A stretch of DNA of 64,000 nt, taken from positions 1,088,001 to 1,152,000 of the forward strand of contig CBDBCZ010000019.1 of NCBI GenBank assembly GCA_965203295.1. Direction: 5' to 3'. The translations under genes were made by a program, and so were the position numbers. The notes beneath the pieces are model-generated. The model was not told the origin of the DNA, made no database searches, and was given only the letters and a program-made list of their open reading frames with translations. The stretch is from Nitrospirales bacterium. GTDB lineage: Bacteria > Nitrospirota > Nitrospiria > Nitrospirales > UBA8639. Shown piece by piece: positions 34,252 through 43,326 of this stretch; positions within the stretch are counted from its first letter, which is position 1; every line of letters starts with the position of its first letter.

Positions 34252-34971
34252 TTAACCTTCTTTTCGGCTCGTAAACTTTCGGTAGATAATAGGCATCACA
34301 GCCAATAGTCCTAGAAGGGTAAAGGCTAAAAGAACAGGTGGAGAAGCGATCTCACCTAGCGAATTGATCGTGCCGAGTTGACGGCCTGCGTAGGCGAAGA
34401 CAAAACTTCCTGGAATAATGCCAAGGGAAGTTGCGGCCACATACATACCAAGATTGATACGAGTCAGGCCCGAGACGAGGTTGACCAGGAAAAAAGGAAA
34501 TGCGGGAATGAGGCGCAAAGTCATAAGATAACTGAAAGCGTTTTTCGCAAATCCTGCTTGGATTGGATCCAGACGGTCACCAAATTTGTTCTCGACCCAA
34601 TCTCGAAGGAGATATCTGGCAGCCAAAAAGACTAGGGTAGCTCCGGTCGTGGCACCTAGATTCACGAACAGGGTTCCCAAGAAGCTTCCAAAGAGGAATC
34701 CCCCGGCTAGAGTAAAGATCGCGCCAACTGGGAGAGAAAAAGCGGTTTGAATGACATACAGGGAAATATAGATAACAACCGCTGTGCCGAAGTTCGAATC
34801 CGTATAAGCCAACAGTTGATCCCGATTGGCTTTTAAGCTCTCCAGCGACAGGTACTGTCCAAGATCAAAATAGAAGAAAGCCCCAATAGCTAAAGCGAAC
34901 GTCAAGGCTAGCAAGATTTTTCCGGTGAAACCTGATGGACCTTTAGCCGGAGCGTTTGACGTCGTGGTCAT
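34252..34971 (-). CDS. TVP38/TMEM64 (VTT/DedA) membrane protein
   Basis: LAGGFLFG, GATLVFLAARY, LRLIPAFPF. Confidence 0.9.
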   Translation of the reverse strand: MTTTSNAPAKGPSGFTGKILLALTFALAIGAFFYFDLGQYLSLESLKANRDQLLAYTDSNFGTAVVIYISLYVIQTAFSLPVGAIFTLAGGFLFGSFLGTLFVNLGATTGATLVFLAARYLLRDWVENKFGDRLDPIQAGFAKNAFSYLMTLRLIPAFPFFLVNLVSGLTRINLGMYVAATSLGIIPGSFVFAYAGRQLGTINSLGEIASPPVLLAFTLLGLLAVMPIIYRKFTSRKEG

Positions 34972-35251
34972 AGTGTTCTCCAACGATTGAACCTGCATAG
35001 AAGGATTCCTTTCAAACTTACCATACTCTAAGGCTCTTTGCTGAGCCATTGTGAACTCTATTTGAGGGTACAGTCTCACAAGGTAAGCCGATTGTTACAG
35101 TGTCTGGAAAGTCAATGAAAAGAGTATAAAATGAACAGGATATAAATTTGGTCAATTGTCACCCGCCTTCGCGCTCGCCGAGGAGGAATGCTTCGGGGGT
35201 TCCGTGCGACGACGCCAAATCTGTGGAGCTCCACCAAATATCAAACAAACA

Positions 35252-36010
35252 ATGAAATCATCACACTGGTTTAAATTGGTTCTTCTTGTGGCCCTTGTGT
35301 TTGGGGGGTACGTCGCGATCCAAATTGAGGATTTTGAGAAGGTGCTGGATCCTCAACGGATAGTGGTATTCCTTCAATCAATGGGAATACTGGCTCCGTT
35401 GGTGTTCATAGGGATGATGGCCACGGCTGTGGTGATCAGCCTCATAACCAGCCTTCCTCTGGATTTAGCCGCTGGTGCGGTCTTTGGTCCCTTTCTGGGG
35501 ACGCTGTATACAGTCATCGGAGCTGAAATAGGCGCCATCGTGAGTTTCTTGATCGGGAGAGCATTGGGCTGTGAAATGATCACGAAACTCCTTCGGGTGA
35601 ATGTTGTCTTTTGTCAAAAATGTACAGACCATCAATTAATGGTGGTCGTCGCGCTAGCCCGTCTGTTCCCAGTTTTTTCGTTTGATCTTGTCAGCTACGG
35701 GGCAGGATTAACTAATATGTCACTCAAAGTGTTTGCTCTAGCCACGCTCATCGGAATGATTCCCCCGACCTTTGCCCTCAAGTATTTGGGTGAGAGTATC
35801 ACGACGATGCAATGGCCAATTATCCTCGCCGGGTTAGCTCTCGTCGGGGTGTTCCTCTTCCTTCCGAAATGGATCCTCAAAAACCAATCAGCTTGGTGGG
35901 TTCGGCTTATGAAAAGAGAATCGCTATCAGAATCAGGGGAGAAACCTCAGCCCATCCTACCAACCCAGCTTTCAGCAACTGAGTGCGAGTTTTGTGGCGG
36001 TCCGAAGTAA
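35252..36010 (+). CDS. TVP38/TMEM64 membrane protein with Cys pairs
   Basis: AAGAVFGP, RLFPVFSFDLVSYGAG; FCQKC and C-terminal CEFC. Confidence 0.85.
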   Translation: MKSSHWFKLVLLVALVFGGYVAIQIEDFEKVLDPQRIVVFLQSMGILAPLVFIGMMATAVVISLITSLPLDLAAGAVFGPFLGTLYTVIGAEIGAIVSFLIGRALGCEMITKLLRVNVVFCQKCTDHQLMVVVALARLFPVFSFDLVSYGAGLTNMSLKVFALATLIGMIPPTFALKYLGESITTMQWPIILAGLALVGVFLFLPKWILKNQSAWWVRLMKRESLSESGEKPQPILPTQLSATECEFCGGPK

Positions 36011-36083
36011 ATGGACAGTCTTTACCTCTAGCCGCACTTCTTTGGCCATCGTGTTCAACTGGAATTAGGAGATGATTGAATCG

Positions 36084-36671
36084 TCAAGTTGAATGCGAGG
36101 TAGCCTTGTCCACGAGAACTTCTGCCGTTCTTTTCGCGATTTGTGCGGCCTCAGGTTTTTCCGAGACCTGTGCAGTCACGATCGCCCCTTCGAGCAAAAG
36201 TGCAATTTCCTCAGCCAGTTTTTCTGGGTCTCGAGCCTCGGTTTTTCTGCAGAGTTCTCGAATATACCCTCTCATCAGTCGCTTGTATTCGACGCAGACT
36301 TGTCGAGTCGAATCATCTTTTTCGGAATATTCTCCTGTCACATTGATAAACATGCATCCATAGAAATTCTTTTTTTTGAACCATTTCTCAGCCACATCAA
36401 AAATAGCGAGAAGACGTGTTTTGGGCGTCCGCGCCAGCATTTCAACTTGCCTCATGAACTCATTGCGAAACTCATCACCATAAGAGTGTAGGGCTACGAG
36501 AATGAGTTCATCTTTCGAGCGGAAGTGCGAATAGAGGGTCTTCTTCGTCACACCAGACTGTTCCACGATGGTGTCAATTCCGGTGGCATAAAACCCATTT
36601 CTCGCGAATAAATCGATCGCGGTTTTGATGAGTTGTTCTCTTCTCGAGGAGGAACCGACTTTTCTAACCAT
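36084..36671 (-). CDS. TetR/AcrR transcriptional regulator
   Basis: GVTKKTLYSHFRSKDEL helix-turn-helix; GCMFIN. Confidence 0.93.
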   Translation of the reverse strand: MVRKVGSSSRREQLIKTAIDLFARNGFYATGIDTIVEQSGVTKKTLYSHFRSKDELILVALHSYGDEFRNEFMRQVEMLARTPKTRLLAIFDVAEKWFKKKNFYGCMFINVTGEYSEKDDSTRQVCVEYKRLMRGYIRELCRKTEARDPEKLAEEIALLLEGAIVTAQVSEKPEAAQIAKRTAEVLVDKATSHST

Positions 36672-36858
36672 AGATATATACAGAACTGTTTATTGCATGA
36701 TCATTCACATTATTACCAATCCAATAAGAAAGATTTCAGCTAAAATACTAAAACAACTCACTTTTAACAATATTAAATTGCTTTTCATTAATATCAAAAA
36801 AAATATTGGATCGCGTGTAACAAAATGAATTCTCGTGCGACTACGCAGTCATAACAAG

Positions 36859-36872
36859 ATACAGATCTGTAT
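36859..36872. promoter_or_regulatory. Candidate TetR operator
   Basis: Perfect palindrome ATACAGATCTGTAT; 12/14 copy ATACAGAACTGTTT at 36678-36691 beside the tetR start. Confidence 0.65.
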
Positions 36873-36916
36873 GCATCGTCACAATAACCTAATAGCTTGA
36901 GTAAAGGAGATCCATC

Positions 36917-37369
36917 ATGAAAATCATCAAAACATTGTTGCCGGCCTTGGCAGTGTTAATCGCTGTAGTGGCAACCCTAGCATTAGCACAAGCTTACGCC
37001 CATAGTACCCCGGGGATCAGTGGCTATGACCTTGTGGCCTACTTCACCGAAGGTAAACCGGTGAAGGGTAACGGGTATAACGTCGTTGACTTCCGCGGTG
37101 TGACCTATGCCTTTGCCAGTGAAGAAAACAAGGAAATGTTCGAAGCCAACCCTGAAAAGTACGTCCCTGCCTATGGCGGGTGGTGTGCCTACGGTGTAGC
37201 CGTCGGGAAAAAGTTCGTGGCAGATCCAGAAGTGTGGAAGATCGTTAAAGGAAAACTTTACCTGAACTTAGATCGGAATATTCAGGCCAAGTGGAATGAG
37301 GATATTCCAGGTCATATCACAACAGCAGATGCGAATTGGACAGAAATCTTGGACAAAGCCCCATCTTGA
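36917..37369 (+). CDS. Exported YHS-domain protein (Cys form of the YHS (seleno)protein family)
   Basis: GYDLVAYF, FEANPEKYVPAYGGWCAYG, GKLYLN. Confidence 0.88.
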   Translation: MKIIKTLLPALAVLIAVVATLALAQAYAHSTPGISGYDLVAYFTEGKPVKGNGYNVVDFRGVTYAFASEENKEMFEANPEKYVPAYGGWCAYGVAVGKKFVADPEVWKIVKGKLYLNLDRNIQAKWNEDIPGHITTADANWTEILDKAPS

Positions 37370-37402
37370 ACTGTGAGTGAACAAAGTATAAATGAGCCAG
37401 GG

Positions 37403-37437
37403 AAAAGCCCGTGGGGATAAATCTCACGGGTTTTTTT
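37403..37437 (+). terminator. Terminator-like hairpin
   Basis: AAAAGCCCGTG...CACGGGTTTTTTT. Confidence 0.65.
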
Positions 37438-37478
37438 CTGACTGTCAAAGGCTACAAGGCAACAAGGAGAAGCGAATC

Positions 37479-37883
37479 ATGTTGAACAGCAGAAAAATAA
37501 CCATCGCGTTTGGCTCAATATTTATTCTCATCGGGCTGCTCGGGTTTATTCCCAACCCGCGCGTCTTCGAGAATGGGATCTTTGAGGTCAACGCCATGCA
37601 TAATCTTGTGCACCTTCTCACCGGAGCAGCGTTTTTATTCGGAAGAGTGATTTTGAATGGGAAAGAGGACGTGACTTTAAAAACCGTGACCGCGGTCTAC
37701 TTCGGTGTCGCGCTGTTAGGACTGATCACCAGTGGCAATATGCTTTTGGGTTTAGTCCACATTAATGAGGCCGACCGGTGGTTACATTTGGGTCTGGCTA
37801 TTGCCATGCTCGTAGCAACCCTCAGTAGCACCCGATCCAACTGGCACAACGAAATGGGACATATTGCAAGAGGGATGAGATGA
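37479..37883 (+). CDS. DUF4383-like membrane protein
   Basis: GLLGFIP, FEVNAMHNLVHLLTG, NEADRWLH. Confidence 0.8.
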   Translation: MLNSRKITIAFGSIFILIGLLGFIPNPRVFENGIFEVNAMHNLVHLLTGAAFLFGRVILNGKEDVTLKTVTAVYFGVALLGLITSGNMLLGLVHINEADRWLHLGLAIAMLVATLSSTRSNWHNEMGHIARGMR

Positions 37884-37948
37884 CGATTTCATCCTGTATT
37901 TCGCAAATATAGTGATTGAAGCGGCTTAAGGAAAAAGAGTAGAAAAAA

Positions 37949-37967
37949 TTGAGTCTGATCTTATTTC
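37949..37967 (+). repeat. Degenerate TCTGACCC-family repeat (copy A)
   Basis: TTGAGTCTGATCTTATTTC. Confidence 0.5.
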
Positions 37968-38100
37968 TTCGTGTTTCGTGTGATGGTGCGGTATGAGTAT
38001 TTGTATAATATAATAAGCTGTTTCGTTGATGTTGATACTGAGAATTGAGTGATAAAAAGGTCTCAGGAATTTAACGGATACTAATGATATGATCAGATTC

Positions 38101-38688
38101 ATGAAGGAAGCCCTGCAAACAGGATAGTTCATAGTTACCTGCGGAGTACTTTTGACCGCCTGTGCGGGGGTGGACAAGAAAGATTTGATGGAAGACAAAG
38201 GCGCAGAGACTACGGCGTTTGGATTGATCAAGGTTCAGGTATCTGGACCGACTTCACGAGGGTTTCCAACACATCTCCGATTTTTTCATGTAGTGAACCT
38301 CAACACACAGGAACGCATTCGGGTAGATGTCAAATCAGCTGCCAATCCTTTTGTGCTCAACTTGGCTCCTGGAGACTATGAAATTGTTCGGGTCTAGTTC
38401 AATGAAGGTCCTATGAGGACGGAATCGCATGTGAGCTTGCAATTTCAAATTCAGCCGAACAGAACGACCTACCTCGGGATTTGGCAGTTTGACGTGGATA
38501 CACCCTGCACCCAGCGGATGCTTCGCATGGATTTTGTTGATGAGCAACCCAATCGGGAAGAGATTTCTATGATGCATCCATCTCATAAGGGAGAAACGAT
38601 AGTGGTCTCTCTCCCCGAGTCTCAGAATGACAAAGTGAGACTCTACATCATTCTGCCTTACCCGAAAATTAGTTTTTACTGGCGGTAA
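38101..38688 (+). pseudogene. Lipoprotein with two in-frame TAG stops
   Basis: MKEALQTG*FIVTCGVLLTAC lipobox; TAG 38125-38127 and 38395-38397; one reading frame throughout. Confidence 0.7.
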
Positions 38689-38714
38689 TAATGAAAATGA
38701 CTCGTATCAAGAAG

Positions 38715-38734
38715 TCGAGTCTGACCCTAATTTC
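38715..38734 (+). repeat. TCTGACCC-family repeat (copy B)
   Basis: TCGAGTCTGACCCTAATTTC. Confidence 0.7.
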
Positions 38735-38896
38735 TCCTGATTTTTTAATTTCTATATACAGACCTTAACGCCGGAGGGTTTGGCTAAGTATGCACTCGGG
38801 CTTATTCCAAAAGAACTATGTAGTCCTTTTGGGTGAATGCAATCGAAAAATAACTGTTCCAGATCAAGTGTTTTTAATTGGAGACGAGGCTAAGAA

Positions 38897-39478
38897 ATGT
38901 CAAAAAACTTGAAGGTGCTCATTGGAGAAAGAGACCTTAGATTTAATGCCTGTTTAGATCAGTGGACCTCTTTAGCCGATGCTCACCCGGATGGATTTAA
39001 ACGTGCTGCTGAAATCCTTCTTGAATACTTTTTGCGTAATATTGAGTCTGCTGCCAATGAGCGTGATACCTTGATCTTCCCTATATTATTTTTATTTCGT
39101 CACTACCTTGAAATTAGGTTTAAAGAAATAATTTCTAACGCAAAGCGCCTGCTAGGTGAATCTGGTGAATTGCAATCGGGGCATGATCTGCAGATACTTT
39201 GGAAAATGTGTTTAGCAGTTTGCAACGAAATTTATGATTCAGGAATTGAGGATTATGATATGGTAGAACTTATTAATAAAACTGTTCACGACCTCAGCCA
39301 ACTTGATCCTACTTCCCAAAGCTTTCGATATCCCACTGATCTAAAAGGAAATTTCCCTTTTGGACAAGAAGTAATTAGTCTTAGAATTCTGAATGCTATT
39401 TTTAAAAGGGCGGTGGTTTTTCTCGAAAATATAAGCACTGATTTATCGATTATGAACGATAACCTGAAGTATCAATAG
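38897..39478 (+). CDS. AT-rich hypothetical protein, HEPN-like
   Basis: FLFRHYLEI, GHDLQILW, DPTSQSFRYP; intact ORF with GGAG/GAGG RBS. Confidence 0.6.
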   Translation: MSKNLKVLIGERDLRFNACLDQWTSLADAHPDGFKRAAEILLEYFLRNIESAANERDTLIFPILFLFRHYLEIRFKEIISNAKRLLGESGELQSGHDLQILWKMCLAVCNEIYDSGIEDYDMVELINKTVHDLSQLDPTSQSFRYPTDLKGNFPFGQEVISLRILNAIFKRAVVFLENISTDLSIMNDNLKYQ

Positions 39479-39524
39479 TAAGCCCTTTTGACCATTTTAG
39501 TGGGGGCTGAGGTTTTAAGAAATA

Positions 39525-39988
39525 TTGCTTGCCATGAATTACGACAAACTTGAAATCTCCTATAGAGTAACTCAGATTCAGCGGGTGCTTAAATGGATTA
39601 AAAAGGTTGAAAAGGGAACAACGGCACTTCCGGGTAGAGTTGTCCCCGAGGATGAAGATTTAGTAATTGGCTTCGGTAGAAGAATTGAGGGTGTGGCCGT
39701 TATGTTCCTTGATATTAGCGACTTCTCAGGTAGGCCAGCCTGGTCTGCTTCAGATCAGGAGTCCTTAGAAAGTACTAAACCTGTTTTTTACAGAAATGGT
39801 TAAAATTGCAGAGGATTACGGAGGAACTGTTGAGAAAAATACCGGCGACGGGCTTATGGCATATTTTGAGGATGGAAGAGGCACCCTGCCAGAATGTGGA
39901 GTTAAGCGTGCAGTTTCATGTGCGCTTTCAATGATGGATGCAGCCGAAAATTTAATAAATCCGGTGCTTTTAAGATCCGGTCTACAGG
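39525..39988 (+). pseudogene. Class III nucleotide cyclase (Pycsar PycC-like), frameshifted and 3'-truncated
   Basis: VPEDEDL...VMFLDISDFS, then FFTEMVKIAEDYGGTVEKNTGDGLMAYF...AVSCAL...INP; frame break near 39765; similarity ends at the 39989 repeat. Confidence 0.7.
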
Positions 39989-40010
39989 GAAATAGGGTCA
40001 GAGACTCGAA
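39989..40010 (-). repeat. TCTGACCC-family repeat (copy C), 3' end of the RAYT remnant
   Basis: Minus strand TTCGAGTCTCTGACCCTATTTC. Confidence 0.7.
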
Positions 40011-40014
40011 TTAC

Positions 40015-40265
40015 TGCGATGCAGTTCAAGACCAGCCACGTGGTAGAAGTGTAGAGCACCGATCGATTTTCCGAATCAGCCACCCTTAAACCGCTTAATT
40101 CCTAAGATTTTCGGCTTATTGGTCGCCTCGCGAATGCCCTTCAGCGTCTTTCCACTATCATGATGACGAAACAATTCGCGATAGGCTTTCTGGCGTTCCG
40201 TCGCCGTACGCCCCCAACCTTGATATAAGGGATGTGGTGTGAGCAACGCATCGCTCTGCCTTCGG
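40015..40265 (-). mobile_element. C-terminal remnant of an HUH/Y1 (RAYT-like) transposase
   Basis: DALLTPHPLYQGWGRTATERQKAYRELF...IREATNK..ILG..RF resembles the C-terminal tail of RAYT-family proteins. Confidence 0.7.
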
Positions 40266-40569
40266 CATGAAAGTGATAGCTCTAGCAAGAATAATCCTTC
40301 GGTTAGAGAGACACTGTTGGTGTGATAGTTTGTTCCGTTGATGCCAACATTTCTGATCCATGCTTATGCTTGTGTGTAGACTTAGAAAAGTCGTCAAGAA
40401 AAAAGATGGCTTCAGAAGAAGTAACCAAACCAAAAGATTTGATAATTACCCAAGAAAAACTTTACAGTGTCTTAGTTATTCATAGAGAAACATTACATCT
40501 TCCTTTTAGTGTTTGGCGTCACAAGTCTTCAGTCTACCCTTTTATTTTTCACTACTTCCAAAGGTGAGT

Positions 40570-41424
40570 ATGAATGCCATTGCTTCCCACTCTGCTCTCA
40601 CTCGTCGATTTATGATCGGGATGCTCGTTTCGTGTCTTCTGTGCTTTCCAGCCGTGCTGAGCGCTGAGCATGTTTCTGACGTTCATCAGGGCACGATCAA
40701 ACGCGTGCTGAAAACTCATACGTTACGTGTTGGCGTGTCGTTGTTTACTCCGTGGACTCTGAAGAACAAGAAGGGTGAATTGGTGGGTTTCGAGATCGAT
40801 GTTGCCAATCAGTTGGCGAAAGACCTTGGCGTGGGAGTGGAATTGAAAATCTTTGATTGGAAAGACATCATTCCTGCCCTGCTGAAAGATGAGATTGATA
40901 TCATTGTGGGTGGGATGACGATTACCCCCCAACGGGCATTGCAGGTCAGTTTCAGCCAGCCTTATGCCGATTCTGGTGTGGGATTAGCCACAAATACTAA
41001 GCTGACGAAAGACTTTACCGGGCTCCAGGATCTCAATCGACCCACGGTCAACATTGCAGCGATTTCAAAGACCGTGTCGGAAGACGTGGCTCGTCGAGTT
41101 TTTCCCAAAGCCAAGCTCATACTCTATTTGAGCAGTCAGGATGCGATTGATACTTTACTAGAAGGACAGGTTCATGGATATGTTGAACACAATCCTATTC
41201 TGACTTTTCTTGAGATCGATCATCCTCAGAAAATCGACACACCGTTATCCCGTCCGTTGCTCCGTACCCTTGCTGGTCTTGCCGTCAATACTGGGAATCC
41301 AGATTTTATTAATTTCCTGAATGCTTGGATCACAGCTCATAAGGCGGATGGGTGGCTAGATTCAGCTCATGAATATTGGTTTGAATCGGTCGATTGGCGA
41401 TCAGAAATCGGCAGAGATAAATGA
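40570..41424 (+). CDS. Amino-acid ABC substrate-binding protein (family 3)
   Basis: LRVG, GFEIDVA, GMTITPQR, FSQPY, YWF. Confidence 0.9.
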   Translation: MNAIASHSALTRRFMIGMLVSCLLCFPAVLSAEHVSDVHQGTIKRVLKTHTLRVGVSLFTPWTLKNKKGELVGFEIDVANQLAKDLGVGVELKIFDWKDIIPALLKDEIDIIVGGMTITPQRALQVSFSQPYADSGVGLATNTKLTKDFTGLQDLNRPTVNIAAISKTVSEDVARRVFPKAKLILYLSSQDAIDTLLEGQVHGYVEHNPILTFLEIDHPQKIDTPLSRPLLRTLAGLAVNTGNPDFINFLNAWITAHKADGWLDSAHEYWFESVDWRSEIGRDK

Positions 41425-41982
41425 CAGCGCTTTTCAATGATCGTGAGCTGAATGGCAACACGATTGCCGTTTGGGCATTGGTGTTTATCTTTCCTTTGCT
41501 CCTTGGCCTCAGAACTTTCTCAACGGTCGAACTCTTCAACTCACTTGCCTGACCACTATCGTTCAAGCTTCTCCGACCAAGTATCGAAATCGTCCAAGTG
41601 GCGTGAACCGACTACTAAAGAGCCTGATTGGCGAGCACCAGCTTCGCCACAAATCGAATGGCGATCAGATGTGGACCGAGCACCTTCCCAATCTTTCGAA
41701 GACCGAAATGCGGATTTGTACCCTAAATACGGTCCAGGCGGATCTTCGACATTTGATTCGTCAACGCCCGAGGACAGATCGGGCATTAAATTATTCGGGT
41801 TCTGACGCTAATTTGCAGCGCGACCATTAATGTTGGGGGTAGATTTTTCAATCATACCTGATGTTATGCTGGGCGCTTAAGCTGCCGACTCACCGTCGCA
41901 TAGCGGCACTCTCCAACTGCTCCGCAATCTTCCACATTAAAGGGGGTTTATCCGCCGATAAACGATAGGCTATGCTTGGTTC

Positions 41983-42402
41983 ATGCGTGAGACGATTGCC
42001 CTGCAAACAACACAGCACGAGGAACTGATCGATATTACCGAAGCCGTGCGCGCGATTGTGAAGCAAAGCCCGATACGGAATGGGATCGTCCAGGTGTATG
42101 CTCAGGGTGCGACGGCTGCCATGATGATCCAAGAAAATTGGGATGAGAGCGTCCAACTTGATGTCGTCAGCCTTCTCCGCAAACTGATTCCTCCCGGTGT
42201 GTGGCTTCATGATGCACAAGATGGCAATGGTGATGCCCATCTAAAAGCCGGTCTTGTGGGTCCATCGGAAACGATTCCAGTCATTGATGGTCAGTTGGGC
42301 TTGTCACGCTGGCAGAACATTTTTTTCTGTGAATTTGATGGCCCGCGTGCTGAGCGGCGCGTGGTTTGTACACTGATTCGTGACTCTGATGATGGAGGGT
42401 AA
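41983..42402 (+). CDS. YjbQ / secondary thiamine-phosphate synthase family
   Basis: IQEN, NGDAHLKA, WQNIFFCEFDGPR. Confidence 0.92.
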   Translation: MRETIALQTTQHEELIDITEAVRAIVKQSPIRNGIVQVYAQGATAAMMIQENWDESVQLDVVSLLRKLIPPGVWLHDAQDGNGDAHLKAGLVGPSETIPVIDGQLGLSRWQNIFFCEFDGPRAERRVVCTLIRDSDDGG

Positions 42403-42546
42403 GCAACTGGACCCTGACAAGATCCCACTCTGTTAGGAATTAAACGTGTTTGCAGTTGAAGGAAACTTTCTGCTGCGCGGCTCTTTCTCGCAAAGCTATA
42501 AAGTAAAATGGTCAGAAAACGGTCCAGTCTTTTGTTGACTCAATAT

Positions 42547-43183
42547 TTATTTCACTTCCCTTTTACCACTCGCTCTGCGTGACTTAAGCCTGCTTTGAGG
42601 GATCAGTATCCCTTCCTCGCTGCCAAGCATCTCTCCTCTACCCATGAGAAACCAACGCCCAACTAGCGCTGCGGTCATTGCATCCAGTTCATCGCTTGTC
42701 ATCTCCGTCCTCAATCCCCTTACTCCAAGATCCTTCAGCCCACGCAAGAGCCCTTTGAGGTCGTGGTGTTGACGGGGAATTCCCCCATACGTCTTGTGCG
42801 GCACCGGGGTAGCATTCGACCACCCGATAACCCAGTGTTTCTATTTTTGCTTTGAGTGCCAGGCCGCGTTCAGTCAACATTCGCATGGGACCGAGTATAA
42901 TCGGGAAAAATCTGATCCGACGGCGCTGTAATTCACGATCGCATTCACGAAGATGCTCACCTGAGCGTTCGTGGATTATCTTGCGTCCGGTTGGCAAACT
43001 CAGTGGCGCATCAATCAGAACAAGGTCCGGTTTCGCTTGATCGACTGCGCTCAGAATTTCCTCATCAGGATGCGCGATGTATGTTCGCGCCGTCATGCCA
43101 TGCAAGATGCAGATGCCGGTTGGACGGCGAGAAGAGCCAGCCAGATCGATGCCAACAATAACAGTCGGTTTGCGGTATGTCAT
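42547..43183 (-). pseudogene. DUF429 (RNase H-like) protein, frameshifted
   Basis: GIDLAG, IDAPLSLP, ECYP; extra base in the 42782-42786 homopolymer; continues to DELDAMTAA in the next frame. Confidence 0.8.
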
Positions 43184-43326
43184 AACAACTTCACCCTTTT
43201 TTCTTAATCATATAGGGCAACCACCACTTTACACGGATGTAACATGACTGACTCCCTCTGGTAACAATCCTCCCATATGCTATGGAATAAGAAGGTTACT
43301 TCAGGTTTATTGGGAGGGTCCACTGC

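Noticed and set aside
35156..35225. GC-rich patch upstream of the second TVP38 as a repeat remnant
   Set aside because: No convincing stem or second copy in the window
36917..37369. Selenoprotein
   Set aside because: Cys codon (TGT) at the GGWC site and no internal TGA
41421..41830. Overlapping short ORFs after the ABC binding protein
   Set aside because: Probably fused gene remnants, but no family could be supported
42508..42522. GGTCAGAAAAC shared with 45024-45034
   Set aside because: 11-bp match without the GGGG terminus or wider similarity; may be chance
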